Positions 29,249 through 41,249 of a stretch of DNA of 64,000 nucleotides are shown here, in pieces. The notes below the pieces were generated by a model that was not told where the DNA came from, ran no database searches, and was given only the letters and a program-made list of their open reading frames with translations. The stretch covers positions 167,896,001 through 167,960,000 of the forward strand of contig OZ024740.1 in NCBI GenBank assembly GCA_964016885.1, in the 5' to 3' direction. How positions within the stretch are numbered: position 1 is the first letter of the stretch; every line of letters begins with the position of its first letter. This DNA is from Eledone cirrhosa. Taxonomy: Eukaryota. The position numbers and the translations under genes were made by a program.

Positions 29249-30101
29249 AGCGGTGAATTGGCAGTATCGGTAGAGGGTCGGACGCCATGCTTTCCAGCAT
29301 AGTTACGTCCCTTTACGATCTGAGTTCAAATCCCGCCGAGGTTGATTTGCCTTTCATCCTTACGGGGTCGATAAAATAAAGTACCAGTAATGCACTGGGT
29401 AATTGCTGGCCTTGTGCCTAAAGTAGAAACAATTATTAGCGGTGGATTGGCAGTATCGGTAGAGAGTCGGACCCCATGCTTTCCAGCATAGTTACGTCCA
29501 TTTGTGGTCTGAGTTCAAATCCCGCCGAGGTTCACTTTGCCTTTCATCCTTACGGGGATCGAGAAAATAAAGTACCAGTAATGTACTGGGTAATTGCTGG
29601 CCTTGTGCCAAAAGTAGAAACAATTATTACCAGGTCTTGCGAGGGCGGGGAACTGGCAGTATCAATAGAGGGTCGGGCGCCATACTTTGCAGCATAGAGT
29701 TGCGGTTCTTTATGATCTGAGTTCAAATCCTGCCGGTGTTAACTTTGCTTTTCATACTTACGGGGTCAATAAAATAAAAGTACCAGTCACGAACTGGGGT
29801 CGATTTAATCGACTTTCCTCTCCTCCAAAAAATGTCTGGCCTTGTGCCTCTCTAACAATCCATTATTATCAGATCTTGCGAGAGCGAGGAATTGGCAGTA
29901 CCGGTGGAGAGTCGGACACGTGTTTTGCAGCATAGAATTACGGTCCTTTACGGTCTAAGTTCAAATCCCGCCGAGGTTAACTTTGCCTTTCATCCTTACG
30001 AGGGTCGATAAAATAAAGTACCAGTAACGTACTGGGGTCGATTTAATCGACGTCCCCTCGCCCCAAATTACTGGCCTTGTGCCTATACTAGAAATCATTA
30101 T
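29249..30101 (+). mobile_element. Four head-to-tail Deu/Nin-like SINEs (starts ~29249, 29438, 29640, 29880)
   Basis: Four repeats of tggcagta..gg/gttcaaatcc/core/ggccttgtgcc. Confidence 0.92.
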
Positions 30102-31289
30102 TGTCAGATCTTGTTCTTAAAGCCGGTTTGGATCTAAGAAACAACAACACTGCCTTTCGTCCCTCTGGTATCAATAAAATAACTATTAGCATATATTTAT
30201 GGTGGTTCAATAAAATCTGTCCGTTCAAATTCGAATTTTAACATCAATGTAATAGAATTCATTAATGCTCTTCCTTAGATAGATCATATAGTATATTATT
30301 GAACCGCAAAGCATCATTCGGTTTCATTTATCTCGTAACTTAAGCTCAAATACCACTAGCATTTAACATTGATTTTCATAATATATAAGAGGATAATCAA
30401 TCATACCTACCATTCGTCTACAAACTAATTAGTCATGAGTTTCAATAGACAGGAGCCAATCAATTGTGATTTATGAACTTGAAATAACTTTTGGGGTTGT
30501 TCAAACTTTGAAGGTGGTGAATGCCTTAGAATATTTATTCCGGCTCTTTGTACTTTGAGTTCAAACCCGGCTGATCTCAACTTGGCCTTTACTCCTACAA
30601 GGGTTGATAAATGAAGTTGATGGCCAACAATTCACCTTCAAATTGTAGAGGTGGTTGATGCATAACAGTGTGGTCAAGAAGTTTGCTTAACACCACATAG
30701 TGTTCGATCCCATTGCCATCAAATATAAATTCAGCTTGGCCAATAACTTGTGAGGAGAATTTAGTAAACAGGTGTGAGGAGTCCTACCATATACAGGTGT
30801 ATTTGTGTGTCTGTGTGCTTATATACCACCTAGACTGGTGTGTAGAGTCTGTCGCTCTCTTCCGTTGTACTTTCTTTATTTAATTTTTATTGTCTCCATT
30901 TCTATTTTTTAATGTTATTCCAAGCTGAGCAAATCCAGTCAAGATCTAAGTTTGAAAAGTAGCGATTTTTCCTGATCCTTCAGCGAAATTCAAACATATC
31001 TATATATTAATTTCAACAATGTCAGTATTCTATTCCGTGTGTCATAATTCTCGATTATCATTGATTCATAGGTTTCAAACGACTCCGCCCACCTCAACGA
31101 CGCCAAACTTAAATTAATATGCATAATGCCAATGAGGAAGTGAGAGGGGAGAGTAAGAAACAGAGAGGTAAAGTGAACGCTGTAACTATTAGCATCTGCG
31201 CGTGTGTATGTATGTGCGTGTATGGTTATGTGTGCGTGCGTGCGTGCAGCGTTCCACAGAAAGTAAAAGCAATTCGACTTTATCAAACA

Positions 31290-31490
31290 GTGAACTACAG
31301 CGGCGACGGCGTGTAGCCAGGAATGAAGAAAAACGGGTCGAACATCGCCATCGGAACGCCGAACTTCAGAGGCGAAGACGTGCCGCCATGAATGAAGAGG
31401 AGCTGGCTGAACAACGCCAACGAAACACTGGAACCAAGCAGCGACGGCGTGCTGCGATGGTTGAAGACGAACTAGCTGAGCATCATCTTT
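31290..31490 (+). pseudogene. Helitron RepHel N-terminal charged repeats
   Basis: Three ~23-aa repeats (ELQRRRRAAMNEEELAEQRQRN), of the kind seen at the start of animal RepHel ORFs. Confidence 0.6.
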
Positions 31491-31677
31491 TATATTAATT
31501 AACTATATCTATATCTACATATAATATAAAAGATTGGAACTTCCATCATCCTTTTGAGAAACGTGGAACAACCACGTCTATGCAATGATACAGTCAGGTA
31601 TCATGCAAGATACTATACAATGATACGTTTTACAGTCAGGCAGAAGATGAACCATCTCCTAGAGGTCACTATTTTAG

Positions 31678-31755
31678 ATGGGAGCACCTAGAATTGTTCA
31701 TATACTATGCACAAACGGTACAGCGAAGAATCTGGTATATCTGGAAGATTTTTTT
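31678..31755 (+). pseudogene. Helitron Pif1-like helicase extreme C-terminus
   Basis: GAPRIVHILCTNGTAKNLVYLE resembles the (SRV)G.P..L.I...NG.TKNIVY.E terminus of RepHel. Confidence 0.65.
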
Positions 31756-31892
31756 TACTGTTTTTTGTATCATAAAGACACCACGGAGTCGCCTCATACT
31801 GTAACCAGACAAACATCCAATACAGTCATTTTCTCTTTTACCTGTCTTCTCTTATCATCTGTTTACCCGGGCGAAGCTGGGTACGCCAGCTA

Positions 31893-31953
<61 letters not shown>

Positions 31954-31997
31954 TATGTGTGTGTGTGTGTGCGTGTGTGTGTGTAAATATATATTGT

Positions 31998-32262
31998 ATA
32001 AAATTTCATACACTAAACATGTTCGTGCGACCATTGGTTTTGGGGTCCAGTTATGGCCACCACTGTATATTAGACGAGGCTCTTCCAAACTGACCCCACA
32101 TTGAGAACGAGGACAAATATACGTATATTTGTTTTTTCGTATATTTGTCCTCGAGCCCGATAAGAGGTAGTTCAGAAGAGCCTCCTCCAATGTACAGTGG
32201 TGACTATAACTGGACCCCGATACCAATAGTCGTGCATACATGTTAAGTGTATGTAATTTTAT
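31998..32262. mobile_element. MITE-like fold-back element
   Basis: ~90-bp imperfect inverted arms plus an inner 16-bp stem (cgaggacaaatatacg/cgtatatttgtcctcg). A related arm fragment lies at ~28423-28456. Confidence 0.75.
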
Positions 32263-32366
32263 TTATACTAAATAAGCTCTCTTGCCATGGATTGAGCACT
32301 GTTCTCCTTGACCTTCCATCTACGGATATTCTGCATAGACCCACACACACATATACACACACACAC

Positions 32367-32415
<49 letters not shown>

Positions 32416-32484
32416 ATCAAGGTTTAGCAAATAAGAAAAAGTTTCAAAATAAATTTCAAAAGATTCACTGTACTCACTATGGTT

Positions 32485-32571
32485 ACCATTACCGAATCGG
32501 TTTCGAGTCTCAAAAATAAATGGACAGTCCTTGCGGCCTTCCATTGAAAAGATAAACTCTCGTCAGAAGGT
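32485..32571 (-). ncRNA. Type I hammerhead ribozyme
   Basis: acctt-CTGACGA-gagtt..gactc-GAAA-ccga-t-tcgg-TA-atggt. GUA triplet; stem I has one mismatch. Confidence 0.78.
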
Positions 32572-32682
32572 TCTTTTCACTCGGAGAATATAAAATTCCC
32601 GAGTTCAAATTACGAACTGGCGCTATTCAAAATTGTTCCCGAGATGAGAAGGAATGATGTGGAAGCAATTCTGTCCAGTGCC

Positions 32683-32751
<69 letters not shown>

Positions 32752-32801
32752 AGTATGTATGTATACGTACATACATATATGTATACAGGCGTACAGTAGC
32801 A

Positions 32802-32884
<83 letters not shown>

Positions 32885-33043
32885 GCATACAGGTACACAT
32901 ACATATATGCACGCATCAGTTTAGCCGACGTTTATTATAACGCAGCTTTGTTCGCTTGTTTGTCAACAAAGCGAACAGCCTGAATTTATGCCATACGGTG
33001 TTAAGGCAACCACGTCACCTTTTTGTTCAACACTGACACAGGG

Positions 33044-33086
33044 ACGTTGTACTAGTTTCAAGCTTGTTAGCTATCATCAGCACCGT
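33044..33086 (-). ncRNA. Minimal type I hammerhead (copy 1)
   Basis: acggtg-CTGATGA-t-agct-aaca-agct-t-GAAA-ctag-TA-caacgt, with palindromic stem III ACTAGT. Confidence 0.82.
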
Positions 33087-33324
33087 TTACCCATCTGCCA
33101 GATAGTTGAACGTTCGAAAGTATATACTTTCCTTATGAAAATTAACGGCTGAGCAGCCTAATTTACATATTGAGTGAGTTAAATCGGTCAGACATACCGA
33201 AAACGACAAGTTGAAAAGAAAAATGAAAACGAAATTTCATTTCTCACTCTTAGTATGGCACTTACTTAAATGTAAGTATGTATGTATACGTACATACATA
33301 TATGTATACAGACGTACAGTAGCA

Positions 33325-33397
<73 letters not shown>

Positions 33398-33556
33398 GCA
33401 TACAGGTACACATACATATATGCACGCATCAGTTTAGCCGACGTTTATTATAACGCAGCTTTGTTCGCTTATTTGTCAACAAAGCGAACAGCCTGAATTT
33501 ATGCCATACGGTGTTAAGGCAACCACGTCACCTTTTTGTTCAACACTGACACAGGG

Positions 33557-33599
33557 ACGTTGTACTTGTTTCAAGCGTGTTAGCTATCATCAGCACCGT
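33557..33599 (-). ncRNA. Minimal type I hammerhead (copy 2, two substitutions)
   Basis: Stem III is ACAAGT (palindrome broken) and stem II is agc/gct. Confidence 0.65.
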
Positions 33600-33837
33600 T
33601 TACCCATCTGCCAGATAGTTGAACGTTCGAAAGTATATACTTTCCTTATGAAAATTAACGGCTGAGCAGCCTAATTTACATATTGAGTGAGTTAAATCGG
33701 TCAGACATACCGAAAACGACAAGTTGAAAAAAAAAATGAAAACGAAATTTCATTTCTCACTCTTAGTATGGCACTTACTTAAATGTAAGTATGTATGTAT
33801 ACGTACATACATATATGTATACAGACGTACAGTAGCA

Positions 33838-33922
<85 letters not shown>

Positions 33923-34080
33923 GCATACAGGTACACATACATATATGCACGCATCAGTTTAGCCGACGTTTATTATAACGCAGCTTTGTTCGCTTATTTG
34001 TCAACAAAGCGAACAGCCTGAATTTATGCCATACGGTGTTAAGGCAACCACGTCACCTTTTTGTTCAACACTGACACAGG

Positions 34081-34125
34081 AACGATGTACTAGTTTCAAG
34101 CTTGTTAGCTATCATCAGCACCGTT
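34081..34125 (-). ncRNA. Minimal type I hammerhead (copy 3, best paired)
   Basis: Stem I aacggtg/catcgtt is fully paired (one G-U). Confidence 0.85.
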
Positions 34126-34869
34126 TACCCATCTGCCAGATAGTTGAACGTTCGAAAGTATATACTTTCCTTATGAAAATTAACGGCTGAGCAGCCTAAT
34201 TTGCATATTGAGTGAGTTAAATCGGTCAGGCATACCGAAAACGACAAGTTGAAAAAAAAAAATGAAAACGAAATTTCATTTCTCACTCTTAGTATGGCAC
34301 TTACTTAAATGTAAGTATGTATGTATACGTACATACATATATGTATACATACATACTTACATTTAAGTAAGTGCCATACTAAGAGTGAGAAATGAAATTT
34401 CGTTTTCATTTTTTTTTCAACTTATATATATATATATATATATATATGCGTGTATGTGTGTTTGCATTTCGGTAAAGTATTAGCAAAACCAGCACTCTTC
34501 TAATTTAAGCATTCACTGGATTTTTTTCTGCACTTATAAAGATGAAAAAAGGAAATAAGGAGGTGAGGGGCTGCGCCCTGCGGACAAAATGACGACAATA
34601 TTGATACGAAGAAGAGCTGCATCTACCACTCCAGTTCAGGGTTCTTCCTCATGTAGGATGCGCTCCTCCCCGTTTTGCGGAGGAAAACGGCACTTCGAGG
34701 TCTCGCCATTAAGGTGCAGGAAAAGAAAGCAGTCGTTCAAGAATATATTTAACGAGAAATGAACGTAGTCATTATTTAAATTATGTAAACATAAGAAATA
34801 ATTAATCATAAAATAGGTAAATACGCTACTGATTTTATAATTATTATTCATAATATTTGATATTTCCTT

Positions 34870-35155
34870 AGACATAGAGAAACTTTCACCGATAAGGTGT
34901 ATGTTATAGATTCAATGTCTTTTTTCAACTTAGCAAATATAAGATCTTTGCAATATATAAATTAACAACTTTTATTGGCTTTTAAAATAGATATAGTAGT
35001 GTTTGGTACTTTTAAAATCTCGCTTTCTGGCAAAAGAGCACTTATGCCAACCTGACGTAATAAAATTGTTTATTTTGTCAAATAATACAATAAACGGCAC
35101 ACCAGGTTTTTTCTTACGCTAATTCAATGTTTAATTCACTCTAAACCCGTACAAA
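34870..35155 (-). pseudogene. Possible highly decayed Neptune-type GIY-YIG C-terminus
   Basis: Fragments EILK / ANKSC(N)L / PYR*KFL resemble W.IL...SC.LC..EK...C.HR.KFL. Confidence 0.3.
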
Positions 35156-35161
35156 TCACTC

Positions 35162-35246
<85 letters not shown>

Positions 35247-35249
<3 letters not shown>

Positions 35250-35456
35250 GGAACGAGTAGGACCCCGACGGCTGAGCTCAAGCCGTTTCGACAGCTAATT
35301 CTGGACTAAAACGTTTTAGTCCAGAATTAGCCGTCGAAACGGCTTGAGCTCAGCCGTCGGAGTCCTACTCGTTCCTATTACCCACTCTACTACCCTAAGT
35401 ATTGAGTACTTTGGTGCGTTATGGTCCACCTGGTTCCTTACCACATTTCCTTCGTT
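35247..35456 (+). mobile_element. Hairpin-plus-tail repeat: 132-bp loopless palindrome plus ~80-bp tail, in (TA)n
   Basis: 35247-35378 is self-complementary about aaaacgtttt with 2 mismatches. Confidence 0.88.
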
Positions 35457-35482
35457 TTATATATATATATATATATATATAT

Positions 35483-35678
35483 CAGATTGGAGGCGGTAAA
35501 AACCAGTTAGACCATTTCTCACCAGAGTACTCGATACTTGGGGTAGTAGAGTGGGTAATATGAAAAAGATTCAGGACCCGACGGCTGAGCTCCGGTCGTT
35601 TCAACAGCTAGATCCGAACTCCCATCTAGCTGCTGAATCAGCCGGAGCTCAGCCACCGGGTCTTAAATTTTTCTCACA
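35483..35678 (-). mobile_element. Diverged member of the hairpin-plus-tail family
   Basis: Tail gagtactc.atactt.gggtagtagagtgggtaata, then hairpin gacccgacggctgagctcc..agctagat/atctagct..ggagctcagcc..cgggtc. Confidence 0.8.
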
Positions 35679-35793
35679 TATATATATATATTTGTATAAG
35701 GTGTAGAATAACCGAGCTTTGTATGCAACACTCCAATCAGTAAACGATCTTGCCTATTAGATTTACGCACTCAACGACATGCGTACGTGTTTA

Positions 35794-35840
<47 letters not shown>

Positions 35841-36109
35841 ACTCTTTATTCTTCTACATGTTCCCGCCGACAGACTGAAGCCATGTTGGGGCACCGTCAC
35901 CATGGCACTTCGTTGTTCTTTTTATTTACAGCTATATTGCGTCTAATCGTGTGCCTCTATTTTGAAAGGCATTCAACCCATTATCTCACATTTTTCTGTA
36001 TGTTTGTGTCTATTTGTTTTGTCTTATATTCCGTTTATATTATTTTGTTTTGTATTGTTTTGTTTTCTCTCTATATCATGCAATGTTTTCTTTGTCATAA
36101 CTGTATATT

Positions 36110-36440
36110 GGGATTTAGAGGGAATCTGCCTACTGTTTCAAGCAATTCAAAGGACCACGTGTATGATACCCACTTTAGACGTTTTATAAGAAAATGGAAA
36201 ATATCTATAACTCTTCAAAGTCACCATGTTTACCAGAGATCAAGAGATCAACTATCGTATTATATTCCAAGCAATAATAACTGAGAAAAGTTCGTGTCAA
36301 TTTTCAAACCATTCGTGATAAAACAGTGTTCAACTTCTTTGATTGTTCTCGACTACTCTGTCACTTCTCCTTCCCTGGATTTCTCAGCCAGATTGACGCC
36401 CAGTTGGACAGGGAATTTAAAGATGGATCTTTCCTAAATC
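36110..36440 (+). pseudogene. Possible decayed Ty3/Gypsy integrase fragment
   Basis: LPTVSS..FRRFIRKWKISI..HH..Q and LIVLDYSVTSP resemble GLP..I.SD..F..F...W.I.H..S.P..PQ and ALL.YR.TP. Confidence 0.4.
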
Positions 36441-37249
36441 ACTTGTCACTTTATGAAATCAAGTAGCGACTCCTGTAAGTCGAATGACTGTTATCGAATT
36501 TAGTAATTTGGTAAGATGGTCACGAAGAATTACATTATTTGTCAACCAGTCATCATCATACATTGCTGGGCATTGCTGCTAGACACAGCAAGACACTTCT
36601 GGACACTACTGGGCATTGTTGGACACTGTTGGGATACTGCTGTGCAATGCCGGACGCTAGTGGACATTACCCATTCGACCAAAGATCGCAGGAGGTCGTA
36701 TGAATTCTAGTTTCTTCCTTCGGCCTGTCACAATGGCATCGCAGAAATGGTAATTTGATATGCAGTAATTATTTGTTACCGAAACTGACCAGGACATTGA
36801 AGGATATACGCCTTAAAAGTTGATTTCTGCGAATTCTAGGCTAAATTTTTCTGTCATTTGTCATTGGAAACCCTCAGCTTTATTATGTGAGCTGTCACAC
36901 CTTTAGCACTGGGTTCATTATTCGAATATTCCTAATGTCCTGAGGCCCTTAAATTGGCTGGTAATCAGCTGATGTCTTGAGCAATAGGGATGAAAATTAA
37001 AGGTGCCAACGAAGACGGATTGATGTATGAGGGTGGGATAGAAGATGTGCAGGAAAAGAAAATTCCGAAGTCACATGAAGGCTAACGCCTGCTAATAATA
37101 ATCGAATGACCCTAACACAAATAAAACTGTTACAGTCTGAAAACTTCCTTTTCCTGTCACCCTTGGACAAACCATGTTTTCTAAGTCTCCATCTCTCTTT
37201 TCTATCTTCTTCATTCTTTCTGTCAACTTCATTATATGTGTATGTAATG

Positions 37250-37318
<69 letters not shown>

Positions 37319-37368
37319 CACATACACTCACACACACACACGCACACACATATATATATATACATACG

Positions 37369-37441
<73 letters not shown>

Positions 37442-37914
37442 TATATTTCACTATACCTGTCTCTTTGTCTCTCTCTCACTCTCTCTCTTCTTCTTCTCTC
37501 TCTGTCTCTATCTATCTCTATCTCTATCTCTCTTCCTCTCCTAATGCGTTTATGTTAGCGACATACTTTTGCCTGTAGTCATAAATATTCATTTAAAAAC
37601 ATTAATGCAGTGATAAATAAATTTATCTATATATCTTGCACACAGCCTAATATAATCCATACACAAATACTTTACAGACAAACACATGAGCATGTGCACA
37701 TTGATATAGGTCCTTACACATACACAAATGCATTCACCCAAACACACACTAGCACACATATATCTTTCTATCTCTCTATATGTATGTATGTGGGTATTTA
37801 TGATATATATATACAGTATATATACACGAAAAGTAAACGAATAAACAAACACAGAGAAACGATACAGTATAATGAAGATATATATTAGTGTAACAGTTCT
37901 AATAGTAGAAAAAT

Positions 37915-37955
37915 AGTTTTAACGTTTTGGACGTTAATACTTCATCAGAAGATAT
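37915..37955 (-). other. Degenerate hammerhead-like remnant
   Basis: CTGATGA-ag...tcc-AAAA-cgtt with G12 lost; palindromic AACGTT at the stem III position. Confidence 0.35.
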
Positions 37956-38262
37956 TAGGGGGAGAGAAAGAACGTGCGTGTTTAGTCAGCCTTTTTGCTG
38001 TGAGTGTGTTTCCCGAGTATGTGTTTACGTTCGTGTCTGTGTCTCTCTATATCTCGTATCCTAGAGATTCAACAAAAAAGATCTCTACAAAATAAGTGGC
38101 AGACAAGAAAAAATAATTACTAGTGTAGAGATTATTGACTAAACCAAGGCGGTGCCTTAACATAACCACAGGCTAATGACTCAAACCACTAAAACAATAT
38201 AAGAAAATTGGTTATCTTCTTTGGATAAACAAACGAAGCGTTTTATATATACACACACACAA

Positions 38263-38306
<44 letters not shown>

Positions 38307-39499
38307 TGGCTGCCAACTCGTTTTCGAGTACGGCCACTACTCTATATCCATGTAGGAGAACCCCCACCGATGCGCTGAACGAGTGTTACTTTTTAGTCCA
38401 GCCAACGACTTGAAAACTCTGGTACAAACACTACACTTGTGACAATTATTGACACATAGTGCTGGGCCCATGGCACCATGTGACGACAAGTACAGAGAGA
38501 TCTCCAGATATAAAGCAATGCCTGTGCCGTGAAGCTTTTATAGTGAGCAAAGGCACTGCACAAAGCCAGTCCCACTCTCTTAACCAAGATGATATTTACC
38601 AAAAAGAAGAACAAGTCAACATCATTGGATACCATCAGAGTTGCAGGTGTTATATCAGAATTTTCCTTCTCCTAGAATTCGGCCTTGACAAAGGCTAAGG
38701 GGTCATCTGTCCCGGTGATTTTGGATGGCAGGGACCTTTTGGATTGCAGGGACCTTTTCTGCTGATTTAAGCTCTAAGATAAACCTACAAACGATTGTTT
38801 CCACAAAAAAAAAAGCTATTGGTATATAAAAGAACCTCATTTTTCGGTGCCTACCAATTGTGCCAGAAAGTCAAATTCGTTGAGACGAAATATACTTGAC
38901 CAAGGAAAATCAATCACAAAAATGCACAGCAAACAAAAGTATCAGCAACCTTACAGATTCTTCTTCTTCTTCTTGGCTCACTTATTCCTGGTAGTGAAGT
39001 GGAGGCAGAGTATTCAAACACTACCATGGGTCCTATCTGAAGCAACCGTATCCAATTGATCCGGCTGGATCCCCAAGCGAGACCATTTTTTTGTCATTCT
39101 TCCTTTGTGGATTTGTGAAGACCTGTGACTTAGATTTTAAAGAGTTCAGTTTACGATCTTAAGGTCGAGAGTACGATTCGCACAGGCAAGTTTTATTCTT
39201 GAACATGACTCTTTACGTCACGTGGCTCCAATCCACTAGGCTGGGGAAAATGAGTTACACCTATAATTCAAAGGACACACACTGTATCAAGCTAATCCTC
39301 CCTGAGAAGCACGTAACTGTAGAATGCTCTGCTACTTGCACGTTATTAGCAGGGTGTTCCGCTTGTTAATCAACCTAAGCACTCGTCGTCGCAACCGACG
39401 CTGGTCCGACAACAACATCTCAACGGATTTTTCTTTTCTTTTGTTTATTTTAAATGAGGGAAATGGTATTACCTTGTTTTCTTTTTACTCTCTTTCTCC

Positions 39500-39564
<65 letters not shown>

Positions 39565-39631
39565 TCTCTTTCTCTCTCTTCTCTCTTTTGTAGCATCCTA
39601 TATTCAACTTATTTTATTATTTACACTCCTC

Positions 39632-40010
39632 AGGGCGGTGGGTTGGCAGTACCGGTAGATAGTCGGACACCATGCTTTGCAGCATAGAGTTACCACCCTT
39701 TTTGGTCTGAGTTCAAATCCCGCCGTGGTTAATTTGCCATTCATCGTTACGGGGTCGATAAATAAAGCACCAGTAACGTGCTTGGGTCGATTTAATTACT
39801 GCATTTGTGCCTATACTAGAAATCATTGGTGAATTGGCAGTATCGGTAGAGGCTCGGACATGCTTTCCAGCATAATTACGTCCCTTTATGATCTGAGTTC
39901 AAATCCCGCCGAGGTTAACTTTGCCTTTCATCCATACGGGGTCGATAAAATAAAGTACCAGTAATGTACTGGGTGATTGCTGTCCTTGTGCCAAAAGTAG
40001 AAACAGTTAT
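39632..40010 (+). mobile_element. SINE dimer bounded by one 13-bp TSD
   Basis: Two copies (~39632 and ~39827); ttatttacactcc at 39617-39629 and 40007-40019. Confidence 0.87.
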
Positions 40011-40747
40011 TTACACTCCCCCGCACTCTCTTATTCTATTTTTTCTCGAATTAGCATCAGCACCTCACCACATCCCTTCTTTCATAACAATTTGTATCCA
40101 ATATTCTATTCTCTCACACAGTTGTAGTGCACCTGAGCACTGTACACGATAATTTCATTATTATGATCCTCCTTCCTCTTGTTACTCGCATTTACATGTA
40201 CTCTCTCTTTTTCGTACTTTCTCTTATTCTCCCTCTATATATCAACATTCTCTTCTCTCCTTCTCCTCTCTCTCTCTTTCTTCCTCTATCCCCCCTCTCT
40301 CTCTCTTCTTCTTCTTCTTCTTCTTATATCTATCTTTATTTTCTTCCTCTACATCTCTCTTACACTCCGTATGGCGATTATGGTGTGAGGCGTGACATTT
40401 TTTCAATGATTTATCTATTCTATTTCAGCCATAACCCTTGCTTTATCACACAAAGGAGCCTTAATCACTTAGAGCGATATATATATATATTAGACCTTAC
40501 TCCTTTCGTTTACCTCACCGCGCCTATACAAACATACGCACACACAAACAAATACATACAAACACGCAAACATATTCGCTTCTTTCGCAGCCAGCTGACC
40601 CAATCACGCCCTACCCTTTTTATTATCAACACCACCAGGACCAATAACACTATTACTACTGCTACTGCTACCCCTACTAGCACTACATACACAACAGTCT
40701 GCACCTATGACACCATCATCATCACTTCCACCCCCATCACAACAATA

Positions 40748-40805
<58 letters not shown>

Positions 40806-41249
40806 ACACTGCTTCTGCTGCTGCTGAAAAGCACCCTTTCTGAGAATATTCAGTCAACACTGAGAGACATGGTTCTGGAACAGATTACATAGATCACCCC
40901 AAAACAATAATATCACTACCATGACCACCTCCACTGATTCAACTACTACCATTACCATAATGATTATCGCCACCAGCGCCATCAACAAGAGCAACGCACT
41001 AACACCATCACTTTCAACAAAACAACCACTATCACCAATACCACCACTATCACCGTCACAACAACTAACAACAACAACATCGCTATTACTAGCACCAACA
41101 CTGTTACCAACAACACCACTATCACAAAACCACCACTGTTAACAACACCACTATCACCGTCACAACAACTAACACCAGCAACACCACTATTACTAGCACC
41201 ACCACTGTTATCAACACCACTCCCATCACCAATAAGACAACTAGCACCA

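Larger units (their letters stand above)
30999..31893 (+). mobile_element. Internally deleted or composite Helitron with RepHel N- and C-terminal remnants
   Basis: 5' a|TCTATATA at 30999 (a second such start at ~31508). The 3' end has hairpin cccgg-gcgaag-ctggg then CTAG|t at 31890-31893. Confidence 0.8.
32748..34423 (-). repeat. Tandem array of ~3.1 x 513-525-bp non-coding units, each with a hammerhead and an internal (TA)n, ending in a 178-bp fold-back
   Basis: Units are near identical and the length difference comes mainly from (TA)n; 34246-34423 is a palindrome. Confidence 0.95.

Noticed and set aside
38380-39420. Possible LINE (RTE-like) fragments
   Set aside because: The composition is suggestive, but no motif was identifiable with confidence.
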